From Nitrospirota bacterium (GTDB taxonomy: Bacteria; Nitrospirota; Thermodesulfovibrionia; Thermodesulfovibrionales; UBA9159), in NCBI GenBank assembly GCA_963699545.1, contig CAVOUE010000003.1:608001-672000 (forward strand): a stretch of DNA of 64,000 nt, written 5' to 3'. The notes under the pieces are model-generated. The model was given only the letters and a program-made list of their open reading frames with translations. It was not told the DNA's origin and made no database searches. The position numbers and the translations under genes were made by a program. Positions 43,212-53,034 of the stretch are shown here, one piece after another (the first letter of the stretch is position 1; every line of letters starts with the position of its first letter).

Positions 43212-44611
43212 GGCTTATTGACCATCACCAGATTTCTTCCCGCGGTCTTTGCCCTGTAAAGGGCGGTATCGGCAAAGGATATGAGATCCCCCATACTCTT
43301 TATGCTCTTGCCCGGATATGCGGCGACCCCAATGCTTACGGTGAGGCTTCTCTTCCCCTTGAGATCGCGAAAGCGGTAATTCTCCACGTAGGTTCTCAAC
43401 GACTCGGCCTTCACGACGGCCCCGCTTTCAGTGGTCTGCGGCAGCAGCATGATAAATTCCTCGCCGCCGTACCGGGCAAGCACGTCGCTTTTCCTCGTAT
43501 GTTTCTTCAGCAGCTGGGTGAACTCCTTGAGGATGATGTCGCCGGTCCTGTGGCCGAACTTGTCGTTGACCCCCTTGAAGAGATCGATATCGAGCATCAG
43601 GCAACTCAGGGGAAGCTGGTGTCTCTGAGCACGGCTGAATTCTTCCTTGATACGGTGGTAGAAATACCTGATGTTGTATGCCCCCGTGAGGTAATCGGTT
43701 ATAGCAAGCTTTTCGAGGCGTGTCTTTTCATCCTCTATCTTTTCGAAGAGGAAGGCGTTGTCGAGGGCGTTTGCCGATGCATTGGCGACGGCATGGCAGA
43801 GCTTTATCTCGTGTTCGCTGAAGGCGCGACCGGCCCTTGACGTCCTGAGGAAAAGCGTCCCGATCACTTCATCGCGGAAGACTACGGGGATGACCACGAT
43901 GGAGCGGATGCCGAGAGGGGAAATGACGCCCCGCACCTTATCCATGACCGGGTCGGTTGTGGCGTCACGGATGACCACAGTCTTTTTCGAGTTCAGGGCC
44001 TTTCTTATCTCAGGGTAGTTGTCAAGGTCGAGTCTCATTCGCCCGAGTTTTGGGTTCTCGAAGGACGCTATCACGTCGGCGTAGTCCGCATTGTGGTCAA
44101 CGCGGATGATGGAGCATCTTGTCACCGGGATCACATCCGAGATTTTTTTGACGATGAGGTAGAGTATCGCCTGCGGGTCGAGGGTGGAGGTCACCACAGA
44201 GGTGAGATCAACGATCGTCTGGAGTTCGTCTGTCCTGTTCTTCAGGTGTTCGATGGTCCTCTTTCTCTCCAGGGCGAGTTTTATCTTAAAGTCGAGGTCT
44301 TCTTCCTGAAGGGGGCATATGAGATAATTCTCGACCCCATACCTGACAGCTTTCCTGATGCCTGTCTGGGGAGAGCCGGGGATGATTGCCAACAGGACGG
44401 GACAGTCCTCTGTCGACGGCCCGAGCTTCGAGACCGCATCAATGTCAACAATACAGACAGGGTCATTTTCTTTGCCTTGGGAGGCCCTTTTTTTAAGGGA
44501 GGCGATATCGTCCATGAATTCAGCTTTGAGGTTCTTTCTGCGCCTGAAGAAGGATTTTAGGAACCGTATTACCTCCTGATCAGTTCCATATACGAAGACC
44601 CGCTCTGTCAT
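43208..44611 (-). CDS. Diguanylate cyclase (degenerate receiver-like + GAF + GGEEF)
   Basis: TDYLTG, DID.FK.VND.FGH, I-site RKSD, RYGGEEF. Confidence 0.9.
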   Translation of the reverse strand: MTERVFVYGTDQEVIRFLKSFFRRRKNLKAEFMDDIASLKKRASQGKENDPVCIVDIDAVSKLGPSTEDCPVLLAIIPGSPQTGIRKAVRYGVENYLICPLQEEDLDFKIKLALERKRTIEHLKNRTDELQTIVDLTSVVTSTLDPQAILYLIVKKISDVIPVTRCSIIRVDHNADYADVIASFENPKLGRMRLDLDNYPEIRKALNSKKTVVIRDATTDPVMDKVRGVISPLGIRSIVVIPVVFRDEVIGTLFLRTSRAGRAFSEHEIKLCHAVANASANALDNAFLFEKIEDEKTRLEKLAITDYLTGAYNIRYFYHRIKEEFSRAQRHQLPLSCLMLDIDLFKGVNDKFGHRTGDIILKEFTQLLKKHTRKSDVLARYGGEEFIMLLPQTTESGAVVKAESLRTYVENYRFRDLKGKRSLTVSIGVAAYPGKSIKSMGDLISFADTALYRAKTAGRNLVMVNKP

Positions 44612-44634
44612 TCTCCCTCTCCGGCCCCCTTGGG

Positions 44635-46365
44635 CTATGCCCTCGATTTATCTAACCATTTTAGCAGATTTCTTGTGCTAAGTGTATTTATGACATCACC
44701 TTTTTCGAGCCATCCCCGCCTCCCGATGGACACCCCGTATATCATGAAATCGAATTGATTTATGACGTGGGTATCAGTATTTATCATAATGGGGATGTTC
44801 ATTTCCTTCGCTCGTCTTGCATACGTGTCGTTGATATCCAGTCTCAGGGGATACGCGTTTATCTCTATTGCCTTGCCCGTTTCCTTGGCCGCAGAGAAGA
44901 CCTTTTCCATATCCACTTCGTAAGCATCCCTTTCCCCAATCAACCTCCCTGTGGGATGGGCGATGACAGTCACATGGGGACTCTTTATGGCAGAGACGAG
45001 CCTTTTTGTGATCTGCTCCCTGCCCTGTCTGAACCCTGAATGGACAGAGGCCACAACAATGTCGAGCTTGCTCAGCACCTCGCCGGGCAGATCCAGCGTG
45101 CAGTCACTCCTGATATCGACCTCAGCACCCATCAACACCCTGAACCCTTTCAAGCGCCTGTTGAATGCCTTTATCTCTTTCAGCTCCTCAAGGATCCTTT
45201 CTTCGTTCAGTCCCCTTGCCACACCCAGTCCCTTTGTGTGGTCGGTGATCGCAATGTATTCGTACCCCCTTTCCCGCGCTGCCTCTACGAGTTCCTGCAG
45301 GGTGTGGCTGCCGTCACTGTGTTTTGTATGGACGTGGAGGTCCCCTCTTATATCCCCAAGCTCCAGGAGTTTCGGCAATCTGCCCTCCATGGCAGCTTCG
45401 ATCTCTCCGGTATCCTCCCGCAGTTCGGGAGGAATGTGAGGAAGGCCGAGGAGCCTGTAGACATCCTCCTCCTTCTCCCCGCCCAGTCTCCTGTCGTCCT
45501 TTTCCCTGAATATCCCATATTCATTGATCTTCATCCCTGCCTTCACCGCCATTTCTCTCAGTCGTATGTTGTGGGACTTGCTGCCGGTGAAATAGGCGAG
45601 GGCGGCGCCAAAGGACGCCTCGTCCACTACCCTCAGGTCCACCTGGATCCCCTCGGTGAGAACAATGCTGGATTTCGTAGGGCCATGCATCAGGATTTCC
45701 TTGACCATTGGGAGATGGACGAAGGCGCCCATCACCTTTTCCGGTTCGCCCGACGTGGCAAGGATATCGATATCCTTGACGGTCTCCTTCCATCTCCTGA
45801 GGCTTCCGGCAAGGGTCAGTTTCCCGACGCTGGCTTTCTTTCTCAACTGAGAGAGGATGTCCTGCGCGGTGGGCAGGACACGGCCGATGGGCAGCCGCTC
45901 TTTGCCCCTCTTGAGCGTTTCGATGCCCTTTAGGATATTTTCTTCTGTTTTTTCTTTGATGCCCGGAAGCCCTGAGAGCCGGTGCTCCAGGGCCAGGCGC
46001 TGGAGGTCGTCAATATCTTTTATCTGGAGCTTGTCGTGGAGGAGCTTTGCTGTTTTTGGCCCGAGACCGGGGACGGAGAGCAGCACGGTGAGACCTTCCG
46101 GCACCTCTTTTCTCAGTTCGTCGTAGGTCTCCATTTCCCCGGAATCGATATAGTGACGTATCTTGCCGGCAAGGTCTTTCCCGATCCCCGGTATGGCAAG
46201 GACTTCATCCTCAGTCATCTGTGCAACGTCCCTGGGAAGACCGTCGATGTTCTGTGCCGCCCTCCGGTATGCCCTGATCCTGAAGACATTCTCCCCCCTG
46301 ATCTCCAGGAGGTCAGCCATTTCGTTGAAGATACCGGCTATTTTCTGGTTGAGCATCGTTGCCAA
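44635..46365 (-). CDS. polX: DNA polymerase X with PHP domain
   Basis: HhH motifs, GSLRR.KETVKDIDIL, YFTGSK.HN, DLHVHT..SDG, ITDH, EINA, NTDTH. Confidence 0.93.
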   Translation of the reverse strand: MATMLNQKIAGIFNEMADLLEIRGENVFRIRAYRRAAQNIDGLPRDVAQMTEDEVLAIPGIGKDLAGKIRHYIDSGEMETYDELRKEVPEGLTVLLSVPGLGPKTAKLLHDKLQIKDIDDLQRLALEHRLSGLPGIKEKTEENILKGIETLKRGKERLPIGRVLPTAQDILSQLRKKASVGKLTLAGSLRRWKETVKDIDILATSGEPEKVMGAFVHLPMVKEILMHGPTKSSIVLTEGIQVDLRVVDEASFGAALAYFTGSKSHNIRLREMAVKAGMKINEYGIFREKDDRRLGGEKEEDVYRLLGLPHIPPELREDTGEIEAAMEGRLPKLLELGDIRGDLHVHTKHSDGSHTLQELVEAARERGYEYIAITDHTKGLGVARGLNEERILEELKEIKAFNRRLKGFRVLMGAEVDIRSDCTLDLPGEVLSKLDIVVASVHSGFRQGREQITKRLVSAIKSPHVTVIAHPTGRLIGERDAYEVDMEKVFSAAKETGKAIEINAYPLRLDINDTYARRAKEMNIPIMINTDTHVINQFDFMIYGVSIGRRGWLEKGDVINTLSTRNLLKWLDKSRA

Positions 46366-46472
46366 CGAGCAGGGTTCGAGGATTCACGGGGGCCAGGGTT
46401 CCAGGGGGAAAACAAAGGGCGTCCTTTCGTCGGCTCTCTCACTTCGTCCCTCGGACCCTTGAACCCTGCGGT

Positions 46473-47219
46473 TTACTTTTTCAGCATTGCCATCAGTTCG
46501 AGGGCATTCTTGGGCGCATATCCGGAGGCATCGTTATTGAAGCAAACGAAGACATCCTTCCGCTGCTTCAGATACTTCCTGATCCGGGCGGAGTCAGACT
46601 TCAGTTCCTCGGTACTGTAGGACGTAGAATGACCGCCGCCCCTGCCGTGCCTCCTGATATAGACAAAATCAGAGGTGACGGGAAGATTATCCAGAAACTC
46701 CGGCCAGTCAGCCATGCAGAGACACACGTTCTCTTTCTCAAGGAGTGAGATCACTTTTCTTGATATCCATGTGCCTTCCCTGAACTCAAAGACATTCCGT
46801 GTATGGAAAGGCTTCAGAAGCTCGAGAAACTCGGCAAGTCTCCCCGTGTCAGCCTTCAACCCCGCCGGCAGCTGCCACAGGATCGCGCCCAGCTTCTCTT
46901 TCAGGACCTGAGCCCTCGAGAAGAACACTTCCACAGGTTCTGCCGAGGCCTTCAGTTTCTTCACATGAGTGATGAACTTGCTCCCCTTGAGGGAAAAAAT
47001 GAAGCCGGGCGGGGTCTCTTTATACCACTTGGTGAAGGTCTCTCTGTCAGGAAGTCCGTGGAAGGTTACGTTGAGTTCAACGGTGCGGAAGCGTGTGCAA
47101 TAGTATTCGAACCACCTTTTTCTTGGCAGCGTCTCGGGATAAAAGGTCCCTTTCCAGTGGTCATAAAGGAATCCACTACAACCTATATTGAGGAGTGGCA
47201 TACAGGTATATTGTATCAC
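46473..47219 (-). CDS. DUF72 domain protein
   Basis: IGCSGF.Y.HW...FYP, VELN.TF, WQLP, FEFR, FNND..GYA..NA. Confidence 0.9.
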   Translation of the reverse strand: MIQYTCMPLLNIGCSGFLYDHWKGTFYPETLPRKRWFEYYCTRFRTVELNVTFHGLPDRETFTKWYKETPPGFIFSLKGSKFITHVKKLKASAEPVEVFFSRAQVLKEKLGAILWQLPAGLKADTGRLAEFLELLKPFHTRNVFEFREGTWISRKVISLLEKENVCLCMADWPEFLDNLPVTSDFVYIRRHGRGGGHSTSYSTEELKSDSARIRKYLKQRKDVFVCFNNDASGYAPKNALELMAMLKK

Positions 47220-47237
47220 ATAGTCTAATTTGCTACT

Positions 47238-48863
47238 ATGTTATTAATAGCCATACCGACAGGAGGGATTGACATGCAGACCGAGGCAGAAAAACACAAG
47301 AGGCAGAGACTTGGGGACATAGTGGTTCAGCAGGGGCTCATAAGCGGAAATCAGCTCAAGGAGGCGTTGAAACTGCAGTCCCAGTCTGGCGGACGCATCG
47401 GTTCGGTTCTCGTTGACATGGGGCTCCTTGATGTGAAGACGCTGCTTGAATTGCTCGGTAAGCAACTCAATGTTCCCACGGCAGATCTCAATACCCTGAC
47501 GATCGAGCCCTCCGTTCTCGGTGTGCTCCCCTTCGGCAAGATCAGAGGGTATCAGGTATTGCCCCTTGTTGTTGGCGACCGGAGCATCACCCTGGCCATG
47601 ATCGATCCGGGAAACCTTGCCGCCATAAACGATCTGGAATTCATTCTCGGCAAGACGATCCAGCCGGTCGTGGTTCCCTTCTTTCAGATGACGGCTGCGA
47701 TGAAGATCATCGAGGACAGGGGGGGCAGACTCGACGAACCTCTGAAGGGAGAGGAACTGAAGGTCGTGAAGAAACAGCAGCTCACGGCTGTTGATATTGG
47801 GGATGTGCGGCACCTTTTCCAAAAGCTTGTGGAGGAAGATGCATCAGACCTCCTTCTTGCCGCAGGGGTTGCGCCTTCCCTGAAGAAGGACAACGAGATA
47901 AAGAGGCTATCTTCTTCCTTTATGACACCGCAGCAGATCAGGACCTATGCAACCGAGCTGATGTCGGCGGAGCAGAAAGAGGAGTTCGAACGGAACAAGG
48001 AGATCGACTTCGCATATACCTTTCCGGATATCGGCCGCTTCAGGATAAACATTTACAAACAGCGGAATTCCGTTCCCATAGCGGCGCGGCGCATTGTGGA
48101 GATCGTTCCGAGTATGGACGAACTTGGGTTACCTCCGTGGATCCCGGATTTTGCGTTAAAGACCCAGGGACTCATCCTGGTGACAGGTCCTACGGGGCAC
48201 GGAAAAACAACAACGCTGGCGGCGATGGTGGATATTGTGAACACAAGGAGAAAGTGCAATATCATCACCATCGAAGACCCCGTGGAATATCTCCATAAGC
48301 ATAAGGCGAGCAATGTGAACCAGAGGGAAGTGGGGATCGATACTGACTCCTTCCAGGAGGGACTCACCCATATTTTCCGGCAGGCCCCTGACGTTATCGT
48401 CATCGGGGAAATGCGGGATCCGGAGAGTTTCGCCATAGCTCTGCAGGCCGCTGATACGGGACATCTTGTTATGAGCACTCTACATTCCAATACCGCCACG
48501 TCGACCGTCGACAGGATCATCGACGTATTCCCCCCCCAGAAGCAGCAGCAGATAAGGGTCCAGTTCGCAGAGAATTTCCTTCTCGTGTTCAACCAGAGAC
48601 TGGTGCCTCTGAAGAACGGGACAGGGAGGGTGCTTGCGTATGAAAAACTCATGAATACCTGGCGTGTGAGAAACATGATAAGAGAAGGGAAGACCCACCA
48701 GATAAGGAGTCAGATGCAGCAGGCAACGGATGATTTTCTCTCCATAGACCAGAGCCTTGCGAGACTCTGCACCGAAGGGAAGATCACCCCGGAAACAGGC
48801 ATGAAGTTCTGCGATAACCCGACGTACTTTCAGGACATTATAAGCAGGACAACGATGCGGTGA
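47238..48863 (+). CDS. PilT/PilU-family ATPase with N-terminal MshEN/GspE-N domain
   Basis: RLGDIVVQQGLISGNQLKEALKLQ...RIGSVLVDMGLL. Then GRFRINIY.QR, GPTGHGKTT, EDPVE, GEMRD, TGHLVMSTLH, VRNMIREGK. Confidence 0.88.
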   Translation: MLLIAIPTGGIDMQTEAEKHKRQRLGDIVVQQGLISGNQLKEALKLQSQSGGRIGSVLVDMGLLDVKTLLELLGKQLNVPTADLNTLTIEPSVLGVLPFGKIRGYQVLPLVVGDRSITLAMIDPGNLAAINDLEFILGKTIQPVVVPFFQMTAAMKIIEDRGGRLDEPLKGEELKVVKKQQLTAVDIGDVRHLFQKLVEEDASDLLLAAGVAPSLKKDNEIKRLSSSFMTPQQIRTYATELMSAEQKEEFERNKEIDFAYTFPDIGRFRINIYKQRNSVPIAARRIVEIVPSMDELGLPPWIPDFALKTQGLILVTGPTGHGKTTTLAAMVDIVNTRRKCNIITIEDPVEYLHKHKASNVNQREVGIDTDSFQEGLTHIFRQAPDVIVIGEMRDPESFAIALQAADTGHLVMSTLHSNTATSTVDRIIDVFPPQKQQQIRVQFAENFLLVFNQRLVPLKNGTGRVLAYEKLMNTWRVRNMIREGKTHQIRSQMQQATDDFLSIDQSLARLCTEGKITPETGMKFCDNPTYFQDIISRTTMR

Positions 48864-48866
48864 TGT

Positions 48867-50129
48867 TCAGTCTCTGCCGGAGGCGTTCAGGAGATACCCG
48901 AACCTGTTCGTGAATTCGGCAGGGGTCATGTTCGCCGCCTTTGCGAGCTTCCTGAGATTCCCGGGGAAAAGATCCTCTTTTTCCAAGCGTATCATATACT
49001 GCCTCCCCACCGTGTAGGTCTCGGAAGTTATGTCAACAGTCCTCACCTTCACCTTTCCGGTGGAATGATCGATGGTCTCCACAAAGGGTACAGGGATCAG
49101 GCGGCCCTCGTACACCACGATCATCGCCCCCGTACCCCCTTTGAGAAGGTAGCTCACTGCGCCATAGCCGAGATTCCTGGTGTATTCCACATCAAAGGGG
49201 ATGGGGTTGGCTGCTCTTAGCTCATAGCCGATATTCTTGTCCACGATGGTGGCGGCGATGCCCAGAGACTCCAGGGTCTCTTTGACAAAATTCTTCATGA
49301 CCCTCCCCAACTGGATCTCGGAAAGCCTTATTCTGCCTGTTTCGTCCCTCTCCAGCTGCTCATGCCGGTTCAGTTCTTCATGGTCAAGCTTCTCAGCGAT
49401 CCCCTCCGCAAGGATCGCCACCCCGTGGTCCCTCTTCATGGCGAGTCTCTTGATGATGGAGCATGTAAGGATGTCGGCGACCTTCCGGAATGACAGCTTT
49501 TCTCCGCTGAATTCCTCTGGGATGAGGGTTATGGTCGCCCCTGACGCCTTCCCCATTCCCAGGGCCAGATGGCCGGTATACCTTCCCATGGTGGTGATGA
49601 AATACCACCTTCCGGTGGTCTTTGCATCTTCCATGATGTTCTCGGTGATCTCGACGCCCCAGTGTCGTGCCGTCTGAAATCCGAACGTGGATGCCCCGCC
49701 GGGCAGCGGGATGTCGTTGTCGATGGTCTTGGGAACGTGGACAACGCTTATGGACCCCCTTGCCTCCCTCTCGATCCAGTTTGCCATGAAAAGAGTGCCC
49801 TCGCCGCCGACGGTGATAAGACACTTTATGCCGGTCCCTTTCAGGGTGGACAGGAGGGTTTTGAACTTCTCCCTGGCCCTCTCGGGATATTCGCGGGAAG
49901 TCCTGAGAATGGAGCCTCCCTGCGTATGTATCCTTGAAACATCCTCTATAGAAAGGGGGATCACGCGGCTCCGGTCGCCGTCAAAAAGGGTCTTGAACCC
50001 GCCGCTGATCCCCACTACCCGCATCCGGTGAGACACGGCTTCAATGACCGCGGCACTGATGACGCCGTTGATCCCGGGAGCCGGACCTCCCCCCACGATA
50101 ATGCCTATTTTGCCCGCTGTTGTTGGCAC
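48867..50129 (-). CDS. Phosphofructokinase family protein (GGEG signature)
   Basis: GGGPAPGIN, GGEGT, PKTIDND, MGR, GYELR. Confidence 0.88.
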   Translation of the reverse strand: MPTTAGKIGIIVGGGPAPGINGVISAAVIEAVSHRMRVVGISGGFKTLFDGDRSRVIPLSIEDVSRIHTQGGSILRTSREYPERAREKFKTLLSTLKGTGIKCLITVGGEGTLFMANWIEREARGSISVVHVPKTIDNDIPLPGGASTFGFQTARHWGVEITENIMEDAKTTGRWYFITTMGRYTGHLALGMGKASGATITLIPEEFSGEKLSFRKVADILTCSIIKRLAMKRDHGVAILAEGIAEKLDHEELNRHEQLERDETGRIRLSEIQLGRVMKNFVKETLESLGIAATIVDKNIGYELRAANPIPFDVEYTRNLGYGAVSYLLKGGTGAMIVVYEGRLIPVPFVETIDHSTGKVKVRTVDITSETYTVGRQYMIRLEKEDLFPGNLRKLAKAANMTPAEFTNRFGYLLNASGRD

Positions 50130-50155
50130 GTCCCTGTCCCCTTCCGCGGTGTTTC

Positions 50156-51370
50156 CTACAGATGCCTGTCGATCACGCCCTTGACCTCGACCATCTCAAA
50201 ATCGAATTTCTGGGGCTTTCTGCCGAAACAGATGCCGAGGCTTTCGAACAGGGCGATCTCTCTGATATCCACCTCTCTCCGTTTTATGGCCTCGGATGTC
50301 GGCATATAGGATATCTTCTTACCCTCGACGCCGACCACAGTATTCCCGGACCTGCCCTCCAGGAGAAGGAGTACTGCTGCCGAGCCCGCCTTGTATCCGA
50401 AATTGACATCAAAGGCGGATGTTTGCCCGGAACGCACCAGGTGGCTGGGGATTATCTCCCTCACTTCGGGAATCTCATACACGCCAGGGGCGTACATCCC
50501 CACTCTCTTCATGAACTCCTTCACCCCAGGGTCCACCTTTAACCTTTTTTCAACCTGCTGCTTCACATATCTTCCTGCGCCTGCAAGCTTCTTATGCCCG
50601 AAGGCGTCCACTCCGGCTGACTCATCATAGAGCATTTCACCGTCGGCGGTCGTGATCCCCTCTGCAACGACCATCATATAGGTTCCGGCTTTTACATCGC
50701 TCCGTTCTATCCGGGCAAAGTAGGTGGACTTGATATGGTCGTAGACGACATCAAAGTCTACAGGGACTTCAGGTATCAGGATACAATCCGCCTCTGCGCC
50801 GATGCCGCCGCGCAGGGCGGTATGGCCCACGTACCTGCCGAAGACCTCCACAATCATGATCCGGTTATGGCTCATGCCCGTAGTTTTCAGGTCCCTCACC
50901 ATCACGGCTATCCTGTTGATCGCGGAATCGCCTCCCACGCTGTAAGGCTGAAGATCGAGATCCATGGTCTTGGGGGCGTGGACGCACGGAATTCCCCGGG
51001 AGCCGAGGTCCACTACAACGCTTCCCGTATCATCGCCGCCGCTGATGATCAGGCCATCTATGCCGAACTTCCTGAGCCCGTCCTTTATCCTCTGATAGGT
51101 GTTGGGATCGGATATCTTGCTGATCTTCACCCGCGAATGCCCGGCCTCGGAGCCCGCGAGGGACGCCTCGATGCGGCTCACCCGCTCAGCATTGAGCACC
51201 ACCACATCCTTCATATCAACGAGGTTATAAAGGCCTGCGTAGCCGTTGGGAATAACAACGGACTCTATCCCGTGGGCATATGCCTCCCTCGCAATGCCCT
51301 TGATCACCGCATTGAGCCCTCCGGCGTCTCCGCCGCTCGTGATAATACCGATTCTCTTAATCTCAGGCAT
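50156..51370 (-). CDS. Phosphofructokinase family protein (GGDD signature, PPi-type)
   Basis: TSGGDAGGLN, GGDDT, PKTMDLD, EVFGR. Confidence 0.88.
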   Translation of the reverse strand: MPEIKRIGIITSGGDAGGLNAVIKGIAREAYAHGIESVVIPNGYAGLYNLVDMKDVVVLNAERVSRIEASLAGSEAGHSRVKISKISDPNTYQRIKDGLRKFGIDGLIISGGDDTGSVVVDLGSRGIPCVHAPKTMDLDLQPYSVGGDSAINRIAVMVRDLKTTGMSHNRIMIVEVFGRYVGHTALRGGIGAEADCILIPEVPVDFDVVYDHIKSTYFARIERSDVKAGTYMMVVAEGITTADGEMLYDESAGVDAFGHKKLAGAGRYVKQQVEKRLKVDPGVKEFMKRVGMYAPGVYEIPEVREIIPSHLVRSGQTSAFDVNFGYKAGSAAVLLLLEGRSGNTVVGVEGKKISYMPTSEAIKRREVDIREIALFESLGICFGRKPQKFDFEMVEVKGVIDRHL

Positions 51371-51412
51371 TATGTATCCCTCCTTAAGGTAATGGTAAGG
51401 CTGGTTCCTTCG

Positions 51413-52775
51413 TCAGCCCAGGAGTTTTGCGTTGATTTCCTTTGCCACGACCACAGGCTTCACGGTTTTTTTCACCACGTCCACCGTGTTGACCACCTTC
51501 AGTTTTTCGAAGAGCAGGCCAAAACGGTCTCCCAGTTCCTTCATGACAGGTCCCTTCACATCCTCCGGGAGTTCCCACCATCTCTTCTTTATGGGACCAA
51601 ATCCTTTTTTCCTGGTGCTGTAGATGAACTGCTCCTCTGTCTGGCCTTCCTTCCATTCCTTTGCATATTCCCGCTTTATGAAGGCATACACCTCATCCCT
51701 GAACGCAGCCGGCAGGTGAGGGTTGTCATAGACGATGTTCTGGAAACCTGTTGCAAGGTGAACCTCCGATGTGCCTGTCTTGGGGAACATGTCGAAGGCC
51801 TCTTCAGGGAGGGTGGAGGCGCCGTGCTGTACCGCTCCGGAAAGGCCGTATTCTTTCCTCACGATCTCCGAGAGGGTCCGCAGCGTATCAAAGTCTATCT
51901 TCACCTTCGCCAGGGTGCCGTCAGGGAGAACGACCCCGCCGTGGCTTGTCCCTGTCTGGACGCTCAGTTTGCGAAAGTCCCTTGCCCTGTGTCTTGAATG
52001 TCTCCCTGAAGCCGTCCAGGTATGCCCTCAGTTCTTCAGGGGTACTGTTCCTGGAGCCGATCTCGCCGATCTCTCCCCCCACAGAGATGTCGATGCCCTT
52101 GGGCTGAACCTCCCGGATGACCGAGGCGAGCTCCGCGGTCCTTTCGAAGTTCGGCCTCTGCTGTTCCTTTATGGCAGATTTTTCGAGGTCAACGAGGGTT
52201 GACGTGTCGATATCGATATTAAAGAACTCCGCGTCAACGGCCTCTCTGATCAAGCCCTTCACATAGCTTGTCTCGGCTGCCGGGTCCACGAGAAAGTTCT
52301 TCCTCACCAGCTGGAAGTGGTCACCCTGAATGAATACAGGGCCCCTGAACCCCTCTCTCACTGCTGCGGCAAGGACGACAGCGGAATACTCGATTGGCCT
52401 CTGATTTGTATATCCTATCTCGGAGCGGGCGATCTCGAAGATAAAGGCCCCCACATTTTTTTCGATGGCCTTCCGGAATACCGCCCTGGCGGTATCATAG
52501 GTCAAACCCCTGATGTTCATCGCAGGGACGGTGAATCCCCGGTAATCGCGGCCCAGTTCCTCATAGAGCCCCTGGATGGATGCCGGGACCGCTCCGTATG
52601 CCTTTGCAGCTTCCTTGATGAGGGTGAGGAGATCCTTCTTTCTTTCATCGTTCTCCGCAAACACCGCATCAGATACAAGCTCATCCATCAGGCCCCTCAG
52701 GGCCTCGGGATCGCTCACCTGGAGCCTGCCGCCGGCAAACGAGACAACGCCTTTCAGTTTCTTGGAGTCCATCAT
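51413..52775 (-). pseudogene. Class II fructose-bisphosphate aldolase family, one frameshift near 51970
   Basis: PAMNIR, FEIARSE, QGDH, GGEIGEIG, then VQHGASTLP and HLATGFQN in the next frame. Confidence 0.85.
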
Positions 52776-52936
52776 CCTTTTCCCTCCTCCTTTTTCTCTT
52801 CTTTTTCGGTTTTTTCTTTAATGGTGACGTCCTTTACAAAATCGGCGCAGCGCATGTTCTTCCCGGAGATCGAAAATTTCTTCTGACAGGTGGCCCTCCA
52901 GGCGCAGAGCACGCATATCTCGACCTTTTCAGTCAT
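52772..52936 (-). CDS. Small Cys-rich protein (54 aa)
   Basis: Manual translation: MTEKVEICVLCAWRATCQKKFSISGKNMRCADFVKDVTIKEKTEKEEKKEEGKG. AGGAGG RBS. Stop overlaps the aldolase start (ATGA). Confidence 0.7.
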   Translation of the reverse strand: MTEKVEICVLCAWRATCQKKFSISGKNMRCADFVKDVTIKEKTEKEEKKEEGKG

Positions 52937-53034
52937 AAAAACCTCCTGAAGTGGACAACAGACTCACTTCCGCCTGCCCCAGGCGGAAGAAGGGCATCGA
53001 ACCATGATGTCTCTGCGAGCTTATTACGATCTGA

